DNA of 64,000 nt from an uncultured Gammaproteobacteria bacterium (GTDB lineage Bacteria; Patescibacteriota; Patescibacteriia; UBA1558; UBA10009): contig CAZPMS010000002.1 in NCBI GenBank assembly GCA_964588165.1, positions 15,951 through 79,950 of the forward strand. Direction: 5' to 3'. The notes beneath the pieces are model-generated. The model was not told the origin of the DNA. It saw nothing but the letters and a program-made list of their open reading frames with translations, and made no database searches. Positions 1 to 8,676 of the stretch are shown here, in pieces. Each line of letters starts with the position of its first letter. Within the stretch, counting starts at the first letter, position 1. The position numbers and the translations under genes are program-made.

Positions 1-587
1 TTAGCATATTTAATTAAAATCTCAGTATCTTTTTCATTAGGGTTGTTTTCTTGGTCTATATGAACATGGATTTTTTTATTCAAATTTTTAGCGATGGAAA
101 AGAGCAAATCATAATTCTCTTTATCATTTGGCCTATCTTTTGAAGGCAATCCGCCAACAATATCTGCTTTGGCAGTAATTTCTTCAAAAAGTTTTCTGGC
201 CTGCCCATCAATTAGTCCTCCTAATGGTTGGGTAATGGTTACCAGTTTTATTTTATCTTTGTACTCCTCTTTAACTTTATTGGCAGCATCAATGGCTTTG
301 TGGCCTACAGCGTCATAAGCATCTACAAAAGTGGCTGTAAGTTTGCAGCCTTGTTCAACTAAAAAATCTAAAGCTGTTTTAATTCGCTTCTCAATTTGTT
401 TTTGTGTGGAATTGCGTTTAATATCATCACTCATTAGCCATTTTTGTTCCATATCCACCATGGTTTTATCCAGACCTTCTTTAGTTATGTAGTAAGCTTT
501 GTCAAAATGGGCATGGCAACTTACAAAACCACCCTTAGCTTTTATGGCTTCCAGTATTTGTTGTTTAAGGTTCCAGGGATTAGTCAT
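1..587 (-). CDS. Amidohydrolase, cytosine deaminase-like (partial, 3' end runs off the window)
   Basis: Not in the ORF track. Manual translation from ATG at 587: MTNPWNLKQQILEAIKAKGGFVSCHAHFDKAY...IVGGLPSKD...IHVHIDQENNPNE. Contains the HxHxD and HxHxDQ metal-binding motifs of CodA-like deaminases. Confidence 0.75.
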   Translation of the reverse strand, partial: MTNPWNLKQQILEAIKAKGGFVSCHAHFDKAYYITKEGLDKTMVDMEQKWLMSDDIKRNSTQKQIEKRIKTALDFLVEQGCKLTATFVDAYDAVGHKAIDAANKVKEEYKDKIKLVTITQPLGGLIDGQARKLFEEITAKADIVGGLPSKDRPNDKENYDLLFSIAKNLNKKIHVHIDQENNPNEKDTEILIKYA

Positions 588-597
588 ATGATTAAAA

Positions 598-650
598 ATT
601 AATGATTGCCGCGCCCCGCTTGTGAAGCGAAGCGGAGTCGGGCCGGGGAT
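598..650. repeat. Dispersed GC-rich palindromic element, family A, copy 1
   Basis: 53 nt matching 2445-2497 with one mismatch (core GCCCCGCTTG(T/C)GAAGCGAAGCGGAGTCGGGCCGGGG). Confidence 0.9.
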
Positions 651-670
651 AATTAAAAATTTGATATATA

Positions 671-693
671 AAAAAACCGCCTACTTAGGCGAT
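671..693 (-). terminator. Intrinsic terminator (end of rnc transcript or attenuator of the deaminase leader)
   Basis: Minus strand ATCGCCTA-AG-TAGGCGGT followed by a T tract. Confidence 0.65.
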
Positions 694-812
694 AAATTTT
701 GGGAAAATAGATACTACGGCCTGCCTTGGGCGACCTGAATTTTTTTGAATTTTTCCACATCGTCCGAACATCTATAATAGTATATATCTTTTATTTAGGC
801 GGGTCAAATAGT

Positions 813-1502
813 TTACCAACCTTTGTTTTCTATGGCTTTTTGAGCAGCATCTACCTGCGCTTCTTGCTTAGAAGTGCCTTCGCCTTCGGCAATTAGTTCA
901 TTCTCTAAATAAACACCAACCTTAAAGAATTTATTGTGGTCTGGTCCGTTTTCTTCCAAAACTTTATAAACCGGAGTAGTGCTAAAGAATTCCTGGGATT
1001 TTTCCTGAAATTTACTTTTAGGGTCTTGGTAGAGATGATTTTCTAAGATATGAGGCAGTTTTATTAAAATATTATCACTAATAAATTTATCAGCTGCTTT
1101 CATTCCTTGATCTAAATAAATAGCTCCAATAATAGCTTCCATGGCATTAGCCAAAATATAATTACGGGCCTTAGGATTGGCATCCTGTTTTTCGCCTTTG
1201 CTCATATACAAAAATTCTTCAATTTCCAGTGCGCTGGCAATTTCGGCCAACATCTTGGCGTTAACCAAGCTGGCACGCCAATTGGTTAGCTCGCCTTCTG
1301 GGTTAGGATAGTTTTTATAAAGGTATTCCGTGGTGACCATCTCTAAAACAGCATCGCCCAAAAATTCCAACCTTTCATTGTGGTCTAGGGGAAAATTTTT
1401 ATGTTCATTAATGTATGAACGATGGACGATAGATGATTTTAGGAAATCTTGATTTTTAAAAGATAAGCCAAGATTTTTTTCTAACTTTTTTAGTTCTTTC
1501 AT
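813..1502 (-). CDS. rnc: Ribonuclease III
   Basis: NERLEFLGDAVL signature and C-terminal dsRBD (DPKSKFQE...GEGTSKQEAQ). Start placed at the ATG of MKELKK. Confidence 0.97.
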   Translation of the reverse strand: MKELKKLEKNLGLSFKNQDFLKSSIVHRSYINEHKNFPLDHNERLEFLGDAVLEMVTTEYLYKNYPNPEGELTNWRASLVNAKMLAEIASALEIEEFLYMSKGEKQDANPKARNYILANAMEAIIGAIYLDQGMKAADKFISDNILIKLPHILENHLYQDPKSKFQEKSQEFFSTTPVYKVLEENGPDHNKFFKVGVYLENELIAEGEGTSKQEAQVDAAQKAIENKGW

Positions 1503-1571
1503 AAATTGTAGTTGTATAGCGTATAACATGTAACGTGTATAGGATACACGATGCAGGCTATACGTTAAACG

Positions 1572-2435
1572 TTATTTAATATTTAATTTTTTAAAAGCTG
1601 CATTTAAAATCCCTAAAGCATTTTCGTAGCCGACTATTTTTTTAGCCTCATCTTTATTTACCCATTTAGCGTCTTTTACTTCTGGCTCATTGGTGATTTT
1701 TAATTTGTCATCAGTAGTTTCTATTAAAAAGTAGTAGACAGTTTTAGGAACAGGCCTTTTATTTGGCTCTTTTACTTTTATTTCAATACTATCTAAATAA
1801 CCTAAACTTTTTACATTGTTTACTCCGATTTCTTCTTTAATTTCCCTTAGGGCGGCATTTTCTTTGTCCTCATTTTCTTTTATGTGGCCTTTGGGGAAAG
1901 TCCATTTGTTATAGGCATCTAAAATTAAAGCGAATTTATAATTATTATCCTCTTTTTTAAAAACTACGCCACCGGCAGAAAATTCTTTTGGCGGTTCGGT
2001 TTCAAATTCTTTTTTTTCGCCGGTTTTTTGCATGTCTTTAAAAACACTGCCTAAAACTCCGTTAACAAATTTACCAGAAGATTCACCGCCATAAGTTTTT
2101 GCCAACTCAATAGCTTCATTAATAGCAACTTTTGGAGGAATTTCTTTAGAAAATTTTAATTCAAAAATTCCAATACGCAAAACATTTCTATCTACTGTGG
2201 TAATTTGTTCAATTGGCCACTCCGGAGCATATTTTTTTATCATTTTATCAATTTCGGGAACTTTTTCAGCGATACTTTTAATTAGATTTTTAGAAAAATC
2301 TTGATCATCAAAACCCTGTGCAAATTCATCTCGATTATTCTCTAAAAGTTTTTGTAGGTTTTCTTTTTTTTCATTAAAGTCCCATTGGAAAAGACTTTGT
2401 AAAACTAAAGTTCTGGCTAAATGTCTGTTGGACAT
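1572..2435 (-). CDS. nusB: Transcription antitermination factor NusB fused to a C-terminal Nudix hydrolase domain
   Basis: N-terminal RHLAR...DRNVLRIG...AINEAIELAKTYGGESSGKFVNGVL. C-terminal Nudix box WTFPKGHIKENEDKENAALREIKEEIG. Confidence 0.92.
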   Translation of the reverse strand: MSNRHLARTLVLQSLFQWDFNEKKENLQKLLENNRDEFAQGFDDQDFSKNLIKSIAEKVPEIDKMIKKYAPEWPIEQITTVDRNVLRIGIFELKFSKEIPPKVAINEAIELAKTYGGESSGKFVNGVLGSVFKDMQKTGEKKEFETEPPKEFSAGGVVFKKEDNNYKFALILDAYNKWTFPKGHIKENEDKENAALREIKEEIGVNNVKSLGYLDSIEIKVKEPNKRPVPKTVYYFLIETTDDKLKITNEPEVKDAKWVNKDEAKKIVGYENALGILNAAFKKLNIK

Positions 2436-2444
2436 AAATTGATG

Positions 2445-2497
2445 ATTAATGATTGCCGCGCCCCGCTTGCGAAGCGAAGCGGAGTCGGGCCGGGGAT
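2445..2497. repeat. Dispersed GC-rich palindromic element, family A, copy 2
   Basis: Near-identical to 598-650, set in GATTAAT-like short repeats. Confidence 0.9.
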
Positions 2498-2540
2498 GAT
2501 TAATGATTGATTAAGTTAGTTAAAAATCATCGTTTATAGT

Positions 2541-2744
2541 TTATTTCTTTTTCTTTTTATCTAAAGCAGATTTTATTTTAATTGCCTCTTTACCTTTGTA
2601 ATAACCGCATTTAGTGCAAGCTGTGTGCCCTAAAACAGGGTTTTGGCAATTAGAACAAAGTTTAGGCTTGGTTGCTTTTAGAGCGAATTGTGAAGCCCGT
2701 CTTTTTTTAGATGATTTAGTCCGTTTCTGTGTTGGTACACCCAT
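2541..2744 (-). CDS. rpmF: 50S ribosomal protein L32
   Basis: MGVPTQKRTKSSKKRR...CSNC...HTACTKCGYYKG zinc-ribbon form. rpmF-nusB-rnc order. Confidence 0.95.
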   Translation of the reverse strand: MGVPTQKRTKSSKKRRASQFALKATKPKLCSNCQNPVLGHTACTKCGYYKGKEAIKIKSALDKKKKK

Positions 2745-2864
2745 AAAAAATAGATTAATTGTTAATTTGTTGGTAATAGTATAGGTAAATGAGATCTTTT
2801 TGTCAATTATGTTGATTTTTTTAAAGTTTCCTTTTTTTGCTTATTTAAGGCTTTTTTAAAGGCC

Positions 2865-2893
2865 TTGACAAACTATTTAATTTTTGCTAAGCT
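2865..2893 (+). promoter_or_regulatory. Sigma70-type promoter
   Basis: TTGACA-17 nt-TAAGCT with a TG extension. Confidence 0.6.
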
Positions 2894-2899
2894 TAGAGG

Positions 2900-3047
2900 T
2901 CATTTTGAAGATTGCCAACTACTCTGGATTCTGCGTCCACGACAAGCATGGGGATTATTGTCAGCGCTTCTTATTTGGCGGCCATTGGTTTGCTCGATAT
3001 GTGCTAGCAATAATTTTCTTGGGCGCAGTATCTAGGGTAGTTTTTTT
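2900..3047 (+). ncRNA. Candidate rod-shaped non-coding RNA (6S-like or unknown class)
   Basis: Long hairpin 2917-3042: AACUACUCUGGAU/AUCUAGGGUAGUU, CUGCGUCCA/UGGGCGCAG, GGAUUAUUG/CAAUAAUUU. Many G-U pairs on the + strand, promoter upstream, U7 tail. Confidence 0.5.
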
Positions 3048-3144
3048 ATTACCCCACGACTCGCTACTTTTAGTCGCCTGCTCTCGGGGACCCCGATATG
3101 AATATTGTTTATGTTAAATTCGTTTATAATTATAGCGGATTTTA

Positions 3145-4998
3145 TTATTCTTCAATAATAATTTCTTCAGTTGAGGTGGCGGCATTAGGGTCCCTGCCTA
3201 TTAAGCATTTGGCTGGCCAAGGAATGTAGTGGCTGGTAAACCTTTCTTCTTCAATATTCCCATCTGGATAGGTAACTTTATAATCAAAATAAGCGTCTGC
3301 TCCGGCATGGGCGCTTTCGGTACAATTTTCTTCTCCCGGTTCCAGCTCATCAGTTTCTATATAAACTGTTTCTCCGGGAGATTTTATATTATAAATGGTT
3401 GGATCAGTTTGTTCGGCAATCCTGCCATCGCTGGTTCCCCAAAAATCAAAATATAAATTATCGCCTTCAATCCGGGCTTGTATTAAAATGTGCTTATCGG
3501 TATCATTTTTAAATTGATAATCCGGCCAGGGATCATAAATGGTAGCGTCTGTTCCGGCCGGTTCGTAATAAACAACTCTGTAAGAATGGTTGCGTCTTTC
3601 TATAACCGGCAGGCCCGAAGCCAAAGTGCTTCTAAAAACGGTAGTGCCAATTTGGCACAAGCCGCCTCCGTATTCAGGGATAGTTTCATCACCTTTAATA
3701 ACCAGCTCCTGCAGATAACCAGCCTCTTTATTTATATCACCAAGGGCCTCTATTAAAGAAAAGATTTCATCGGGTGAAATAAGAAGGCCGTTTAAGCTTT
3801 CAGCGCCTACGGCAATATTGTGCCGGCGGTTTTTAGGGCTGCCCCTAAAATTAGAATGGCCGGTACCTAAAATTTCATTTACACCTAAATCATTAATGCT
3901 GCCGGTAGTAACTTTAGCTTTTGTTTCTTCAATGGTCAGCTCAATTTTAAATGAATTTTCTTCCAGCAAATCATGCTCAATTTTTTCAAAAGATTTATCT
4001 ATATTTAAAGCCAGGCCATCTTGGCTGCCTTGGAATTCAGTTACCCGGCCGTTGGTAATATCAAATTTGGCATCTAAAGTGGGTATATAAATATCGGGTG
4101 CGATATTTTCAGCCAAATAGGCTTTGCTGGTGGAGGCGTCTAAACCTAAAATAATCCCATCTTCCGATTTTTTAAAAACAAACCAGTTTTTAAAAATATT
4201 ATTAGAGATTTCCCAGTTTTTATTTTTACCTATCAGAGTTAAGGTTGAAGTAGAGACCAAATCAGATAATCTGTTAACAGCTATGTCTGTTATTTTATTT
4301 TTTTTAATTAAGGGGTCATCAACTATTAGGTTTAAAACAATTGGCTCTAGTGAAAGATGCTGGACACTATTTAGGGAATCCGAAAGTAATTGTTGATAAT
4401 CAAAAGTGGTTCCGGCTTCTTCTGCCCGTATAGTTATATTTAATTGGCCATCAATAATTGGTACCGCTTCTATTTTAGGGGTGGAGAATTTTTCAAAGTT
4501 ATCCTTTAAAATGGTTAAAAATTCTTCTTGGTCTAATTGAAATTTTACGGGAAAGTTATGGCCGAAAATTAAGGCTTTTAGTTGCTGCCAAAAGTTTCGG
4601 CTGTAACCCTTTTTACGTCCAAATAAATAGGCTTGGTCTACTGTTTCAGCAACATCAAAATAAATAAGTTGGTAAGAAACATCCGGATCTGTAGCTGGCA
4701 GTGTGGGGAAGATAGTTATTTCTTCACCATTAAATTTATATTTTAAGCCATGCTTAATAAATTCATCCACCTGGCTTTGCCAATTTTCGGTGGCCTGAGC
4801 ATGGCTTAATTTTTTTAATTCCTGCTGGTTAATAGTAACGCCGGGAAAAAAGTTATATCTATTGGCTTTGGCATAGCTAAAGGCAAAAATTGCCAAAACC
4901 GTTAAAATAATTAAAAAAATGGTTACAAAAGTAAGTAGCCATTTCATTATTAAAGGAAGCGGGTATTTAGTGTTTATTGGAAGGTTCATCTTCAACAT
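3145..4998 (-). CDS. VanW family protein with peptidoglycan-binding region and N-terminal membrane anchor
   Basis: YGGGLCQIGTTVFR, ERRNHSYRVVYYEPAGTDATIY motifs and an N-terminal TM helix. Confidence 0.88.
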   Translation of the reverse strand: MLKMNLPINTKYPLPLIMKWLLTFVTIFLIILTVLAIFAFSYAKANRYNFFPGVTINQQELKKLSHAQATENWQSQVDEFIKHGLKYKFNGEEITIFPTLPATDPDVSYQLIYFDVAETVDQAYLFGRKKGYSRNFWQQLKALIFGHNFPVKFQLDQEEFLTILKDNFEKFSTPKIEAVPIIDGQLNITIRAEEAGTTFDYQQLLSDSLNSVQHLSLEPIVLNLIVDDPLIKKNKITDIAVNRLSDLVSTSTLTLIGKNKNWEISNNIFKNWFVFKKSEDGIILGLDASTSKAYLAENIAPDIYIPTLDAKFDITNGRVTEFQGSQDGLALNIDKSFEKIEHDLLEENSFKIELTIEETKAKVTTGSINDLGVNEILGTGHSNFRGSPKNRRHNIAVGAESLNGLLISPDEIFSLIEALGDINKEAGYLQELVIKGDETIPEYGGGLCQIGTTVFRSTLASGLPVIERRNHSYRVVYYEPAGTDATIYDPWPDYQFKNDTDKHILIQARIEGDNLYFDFWGTSDGRIAEQTDPTIYNIKSPGETVYIETDELEPGEENCTESAHAGADAYFDYKVTYPDGNIEEERFTSHYIPWPAKCLIGRDPNAATSTEEIIIEE

Positions 4999-5209
4999 TT
5001 AAAATTTCATTTAGCATATTTTTAGCCAAACCCTCTTTGGCAGAAGTTTTATCAATATTACTTGATATAGTTATGCTTAAACTGTTGCCGGCTGTAATTT
5101 CTTCAGGTAGTTTATTAGTTGGCCAAATTATTTCTTGGCCGTCTTCGGTTTTTATAACAGCCTTGCCGTCTTCAAACCTATCAAGTGTGGCCTTAATAAC
5201 CAAAGTCAT
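4967..5209 (-). CDS. DUF3006-like small protein
   Basis: LDRFEDGKAVI...WPTNKLPEEITAG pattern. Confidence 0.7.
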   Translation of the reverse strand: MTLVIKATLDRFEDGKAVIKTEDGQEIIWPTNKLPEEITAGNSLSITISSNIDKTSAKEGLAKNMLNEILNVEDEPSNKH

Positions 5210-5220
5210 AATAAATAAAA

Positions 5221-5739
5221 CTAATTGTTTTTTTCTTTTACTTTGATTGAAATAGAACGGGTTTTTCTAGCCTTGGGCAATTTAACGGTTAAGACGCCAT
5301 TTTTTAAAGAAGCATCAACTTTTTCGGGTGTGATTTCGGTTGGTAAAATAATTGAGCGGGAAAAACCTCCCCAATAGCATTCTTGATAAAAATAATCATC
5401 CTCTTTAATAGTTGTTTCAATTTCCCGTTTGCCCCTTATAGTTACCATATCATTATTAATGGAGATATCAATATCTTCTGGTTTAACGCCGGCAATGGTT
5501 GATTTAATAACAATGGCGTCTTTGGTTTGGAAAACATCAACCGAAAGCTGGCCTTCTTCGTAATCTTCATCCAGCCATTTTTCGTTTTCTTGAACTTCTT
5601 CCTGAGTAGCCACTCCTTGCTCTGCAGGCGATTCGTTATTCAAAAAAAAGTCATCATCATCTGCTTCCACTGTTTTTTTCTTAGACTTGGCTTTATTGCC
5701 AGGACTTTTTTTGATTAAATCTTTTTTAAATAGTTTCAT
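5221..5739 (-). CDS. Hsp20/alpha-crystallin small heat shock protein
   Basis: VDVFQT...GVKPEDIDI...ECYWGGFSRSIILP...ASLKNGVLTVKLPK. Confidence 0.93.
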   Translation of the reverse strand: MKLFKKDLIKKSPGNKAKSKKKTVEADDDDFFLNNESPAEQGVATQEEVQENEKWLDEDYEEGQLSVDVFQTKDAIVIKSTIAGVKPEDIDISINNDMVTIRGKREIETTIKEDDYFYQECYWGGFSRSIILPTEITPEKVDASLKNGVLTVKLPKARKTRSISIKVKEKNN

Positions 5740-5919
5740 AAGTTTTACTTTAAAAAGTGTTTATATTATACAACTTTTTTATTCACAGGGCAAATTTTAA
5801 GTGGTGGGTAGGTGGCAGAGAGTAGTTTTTAAGTTGAATATTGACAATTAGAATATTAAATGATAGAGTGTAATATTAATTCTTTTAAAATCCAACAGTT
5901 AAACAGTGAAGGAGGCACC

Positions 5920-6258
5920 ATGTTTCTTTATTGGATGTTGAGGTATCCGGTACGTTTCTGGCTTGGATTTGGCTTATTTGTCTTTTTGACTTATTTGCCA
6001 ATGAACCACTTCGTTTATGAGCCAGAACGTCAGCATCAACTGGCACTTGAGCAGAAAGCAGACCTGGCAGTTAGGCATGTTTACATGGGCCAACCACAGG
6101 ACTTTGCTGATTTGTCAGCCGGTGATTATACAGTGGACATTGAAGTTCGCAACGGATTTTACGTGGTTCGGCAAATTGTTCCAACCGGTGATATTGATCA
6201 GTTCATTTCTAACATTCCGGAAAACATCCGGCCTGGCATGACCTTTACTGTTGGTTGA
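5920..6258 (+). CDS. Hypothetical membrane-anchored protein
   Basis: GGAGG SD before ATG 5920, N-terminal hydrophobic helix, upstream TTGACA promoter, downstream hairpin. Confidence 0.65.
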   Translation: MFLYWMLRYPVRFWLGFGLFVFLTYLPMNHFVYEPERQHQLALEQKADLAVRHVYMGQPQDFADLSAGDYTVDIEVRNGFYVVRQIVPTGDIDQFISNIPENIRPGMTFTVG

Positions 6259-6427
6259 TGACATTCATTTTTGCACGCAATAGCGTTAGAATTTTCTGGC
6301 GCTATTTTATTATTACAAAAAAAGATCTCCAATATTAGAAAGTTTTTTGCTCGCCCTGCGTCTGTTTACCGGCAAGGCAGTTAGTTTTTAATTTGAATAA
6401 AAGAGTAAAATACGTATAATATAATAT

Positions 6428-7435
6428 ATGGAAGTAATTGCTACATTATGGAAAGTGCCTTATCATCACGATCGCAATCGGCGAATGATTGAAGCTGGCG
6501 TAGATTGTTTTAGGATTAAGTGTTCTCATTGGGAAGTTAAAGGCATTTCTGGTGCACTGCAGGCTGCACGAAAGCAAATTGATGAATCAGGCAAACCAAT
6601 AAAACTGATAGCTGATCTGCCTGAAGCAAAATTACGGTTAGGTTTTTTCCCACAAGAACGTCTTATTTTGCCAAAGGGCAAGGGGTATTTATTTAAATTT
6701 GCCGAATCTTCTGATAATCCAGAAAGTTTTATTCCGGTAAAATTTAAAGGTATAACTAAACATCTTAAAGTAGGTGACGAATTTTATATAGGTGATGGCT
6801 GGCTGGCCTTTACTGTAACTGAAATTATTAATGAAGATAGCTTTAAAGCCATAACCAGTAACACCGGCCAATTAGTTTTTAGAACATCTTTAACCATTCC
6901 AAAATTAATGGATGAGTTAAATCATATTACTCCGGTTATAGACGAACTAATTGTTGAATTGCCAAAGTGTCGGCCGGAAATTGTGGCTTTTTCTTTTGTA
7001 AATTCAAAAGCGATGTTGCAGGAATTAAAGAATAAGCTTTTAAAAGTTGCAACTAAAAGCTGGCAGCCAAAAGTTATAGCAAAAATTGAGTCCAAGGAAG
7101 GCGTAAAAAATATTGATGAAATTCTTGAACTGGCTGACGGTATCATGGTAGCCAGGGGTGATTTAGCTTTAAATATACCTTACGCTGAGCTGGGCTTAAT
7201 TCAAAAAAAATTAGTTAAAAAGGCTAAAGAAAAAGATAAATATGTTATTGTGGCAACTCAAATTCTTCAATCACTTTTGGATAATTATTTACCAATGAGA
7301 TCAGATATTCTTGACCTAACTAATATCTGTCTTGATGGGGCATCAGCTATTATGCTATGTACAGAAACTGCCCATAGTGAAAATCCTGAGCGAGCGGTAA
7401 GAGTGGCCAAAGAAATTATTAAAGCTGTTAACTAG
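6428..7435 (+). CDS. pyk: Pyruvate kinase-like protein lacking the C-terminal domain
   Basis: IAKIE, DGIMVARGDL, VATQ, DGASAIML motifs. Only 335 aa. Confidence 0.75.
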   Translation: MEVIATLWKVPYHHDRNRRMIEAGVDCFRIKCSHWEVKGISGALQAARKQIDESGKPIKLIADLPEAKLRLGFFPQERLILPKGKGYLFKFAESSDNPESFIPVKFKGITKHLKVGDEFYIGDGWLAFTVTEIINEDSFKAITSNTGQLVFRTSLTIPKLMDELNHITPVIDELIVELPKCRPEIVAFSFVNSKAMLQELKNKLLKVATKSWQPKVIAKIESKEGVKNIDEILELADGIMVARGDLALNIPYAELGLIQKKLVKKAKEKDKYVIVATQILQSLLDNYLPMRSDILDLTNICLDGASAIMLCTETAHSENPERAVRVAKEIIKAVN

Positions 7436-7486
7436 AGATAATAATAAATATTAAAAAAACGCCCATAAGCTTGATGAGTGTTTTTT

Positions 7487-7561
7487 TGGTGACCCCACGG
7501 GGAATCGAACCCCGGTTGCCAGGATGAAAACCTGGTGTCCTAACCACTAGACGATAGGGCC
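7487..7561 (-). tRNA. tRNA-Glu (anticodon UUC), CCA encoded
   Basis: GGCCCTATCGTCTAGTGGTTAGGACACCAGGTTTTCATCCTGGCAACCGGGGTTCGATTCCCCGTGGGGTCACCA folds as a cloverleaf with a TTC anticodon. Confidence 0.98.
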
Positions 7562-7731
7562 ATTAAAACTAAGGCAAATGATAGCGAAAATTTAATTGAA
7601 TGTCAAGATGTAGGCTATAAAAAGGTTAAAATATATTATAATCTTATATAAATTCAGGATGGCATCTATTTTAAAAATCCGCTTTTAATGCGGCTTTTTT
7701 GTTTTTTAAAATATTTTAAACGTTAAAACTG

Positions 7732-8664
7732 TCATTTTTGGGGAAATTTTTGTTTTGGTTGGCGTTTATTTAATACAGCCAAAAATATCAGAACCACTAT
7801 GGCTATTGCAAATAACCAGAAGTTTTTATACCAAGCCTTAGGGTAAGTTGCCGGCAAAGTAATTAGTTTTTGGTTTCCGGCTTTATCCACGGCTTTTATT
7901 CTGATTGTCTTATCCAGACTTTGATACTTTAGCAGGTAGGGGCTAACAGCTCTAGTGTATGGCCTTAAGCCTTCACTGATTTCGTAATAATCAATACCGG
8001 AGTTTTTATCATGAGCCATAAAAACCAGAAAATATTTTCCATCAAAAATAGAATCATCTTTAGAGATATATGGATCAAATGATTCAGGGGGGTAGTCGTC
8101 TTCAACTGGGGTGTAAGATGGTAGCGTAGCTATATCTAAAATTTCAAAATCAAATGGGCTAAGGGCTAGCTGGGCTGGCGTACCAAGGCCATCATTAAGT
8201 AAAACTCTAGCTTGGTTAAGGCTAAGATTGGCTAAGCCTAAATTTTTTGCCTTAAAAATAATATCAAATACTTTACCAGGCCTATAACCTTGGTAGTAGG
8301 GGCTTAAAATTCCTTTAGAGCCACCAGGTGTAATGCCACTAAAATTTATTTGGCATATATCTTGGCATTGGTAAATAGGCTTTTGGATCCATAAAGCAAT
8401 AATAGAGCCTCCTTCATTTATTTCTATTAACTCCAATAAATTATTATCAAAAATAATTTTTCCTTCAACAGCATTAATTAATTCATTTTGAGTATCTAAC
8501 ATTAGACTAACTTTAAATAGCTGCTTTTTGGCTGGTTTACTATTTTCAGCCTCAAAAAACATAGTGGCCGCCAGTAATTTATTAGAAACAAAAAACAAGC
8601 CTGCTATTAAAATGACCAATAAAAGATATTTATTTATTTTAAATTGTGGTTTATTATTTTTCAT
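7732..8664 (-). CDS. Cohesin-like domain surface protein
   Basis: Signal peptide, INAVEGKIIFDNNLLE...FSGITPGG...ARVLLNDGLGT cohesin-like beta domain, C-terminal TM helix. Confidence 0.7.
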   Translation of the reverse strand: MKNNKPQFKINKYLLLVILIAGLFFVSNKLLAATMFFEAENSKPAKKQLFKVSLMLDTQNELINAVEGKIIFDNNLLELIEINEGGSIIALWIQKPIYQCQDICQINFSGITPGGSKGILSPYYQGYRPGKVFDIIFKAKNLGLANLSLNQARVLLNDGLGTPAQLALSPFDFEILDIATLPSYTPVEDDYPPESFDPYISKDDSIFDGKYFLVFMAHDKNSGIDYYEISEGLRPYTRAVSPYLLKYQSLDKTIRIKAVDKAGNQKLITLPATYPKAWYKNFWLFAIAIVVLIFLAVLNKRQPKQKFPQK

Positions 8665-8676
8665 TTTTAAAATAAA

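Noticed and set aside
2884-3117. 77-aa ORF in the track
   Set aside because: Starts inside a promoter, has no RBS and overlaps a strongly base-paired region better explained as RNA.
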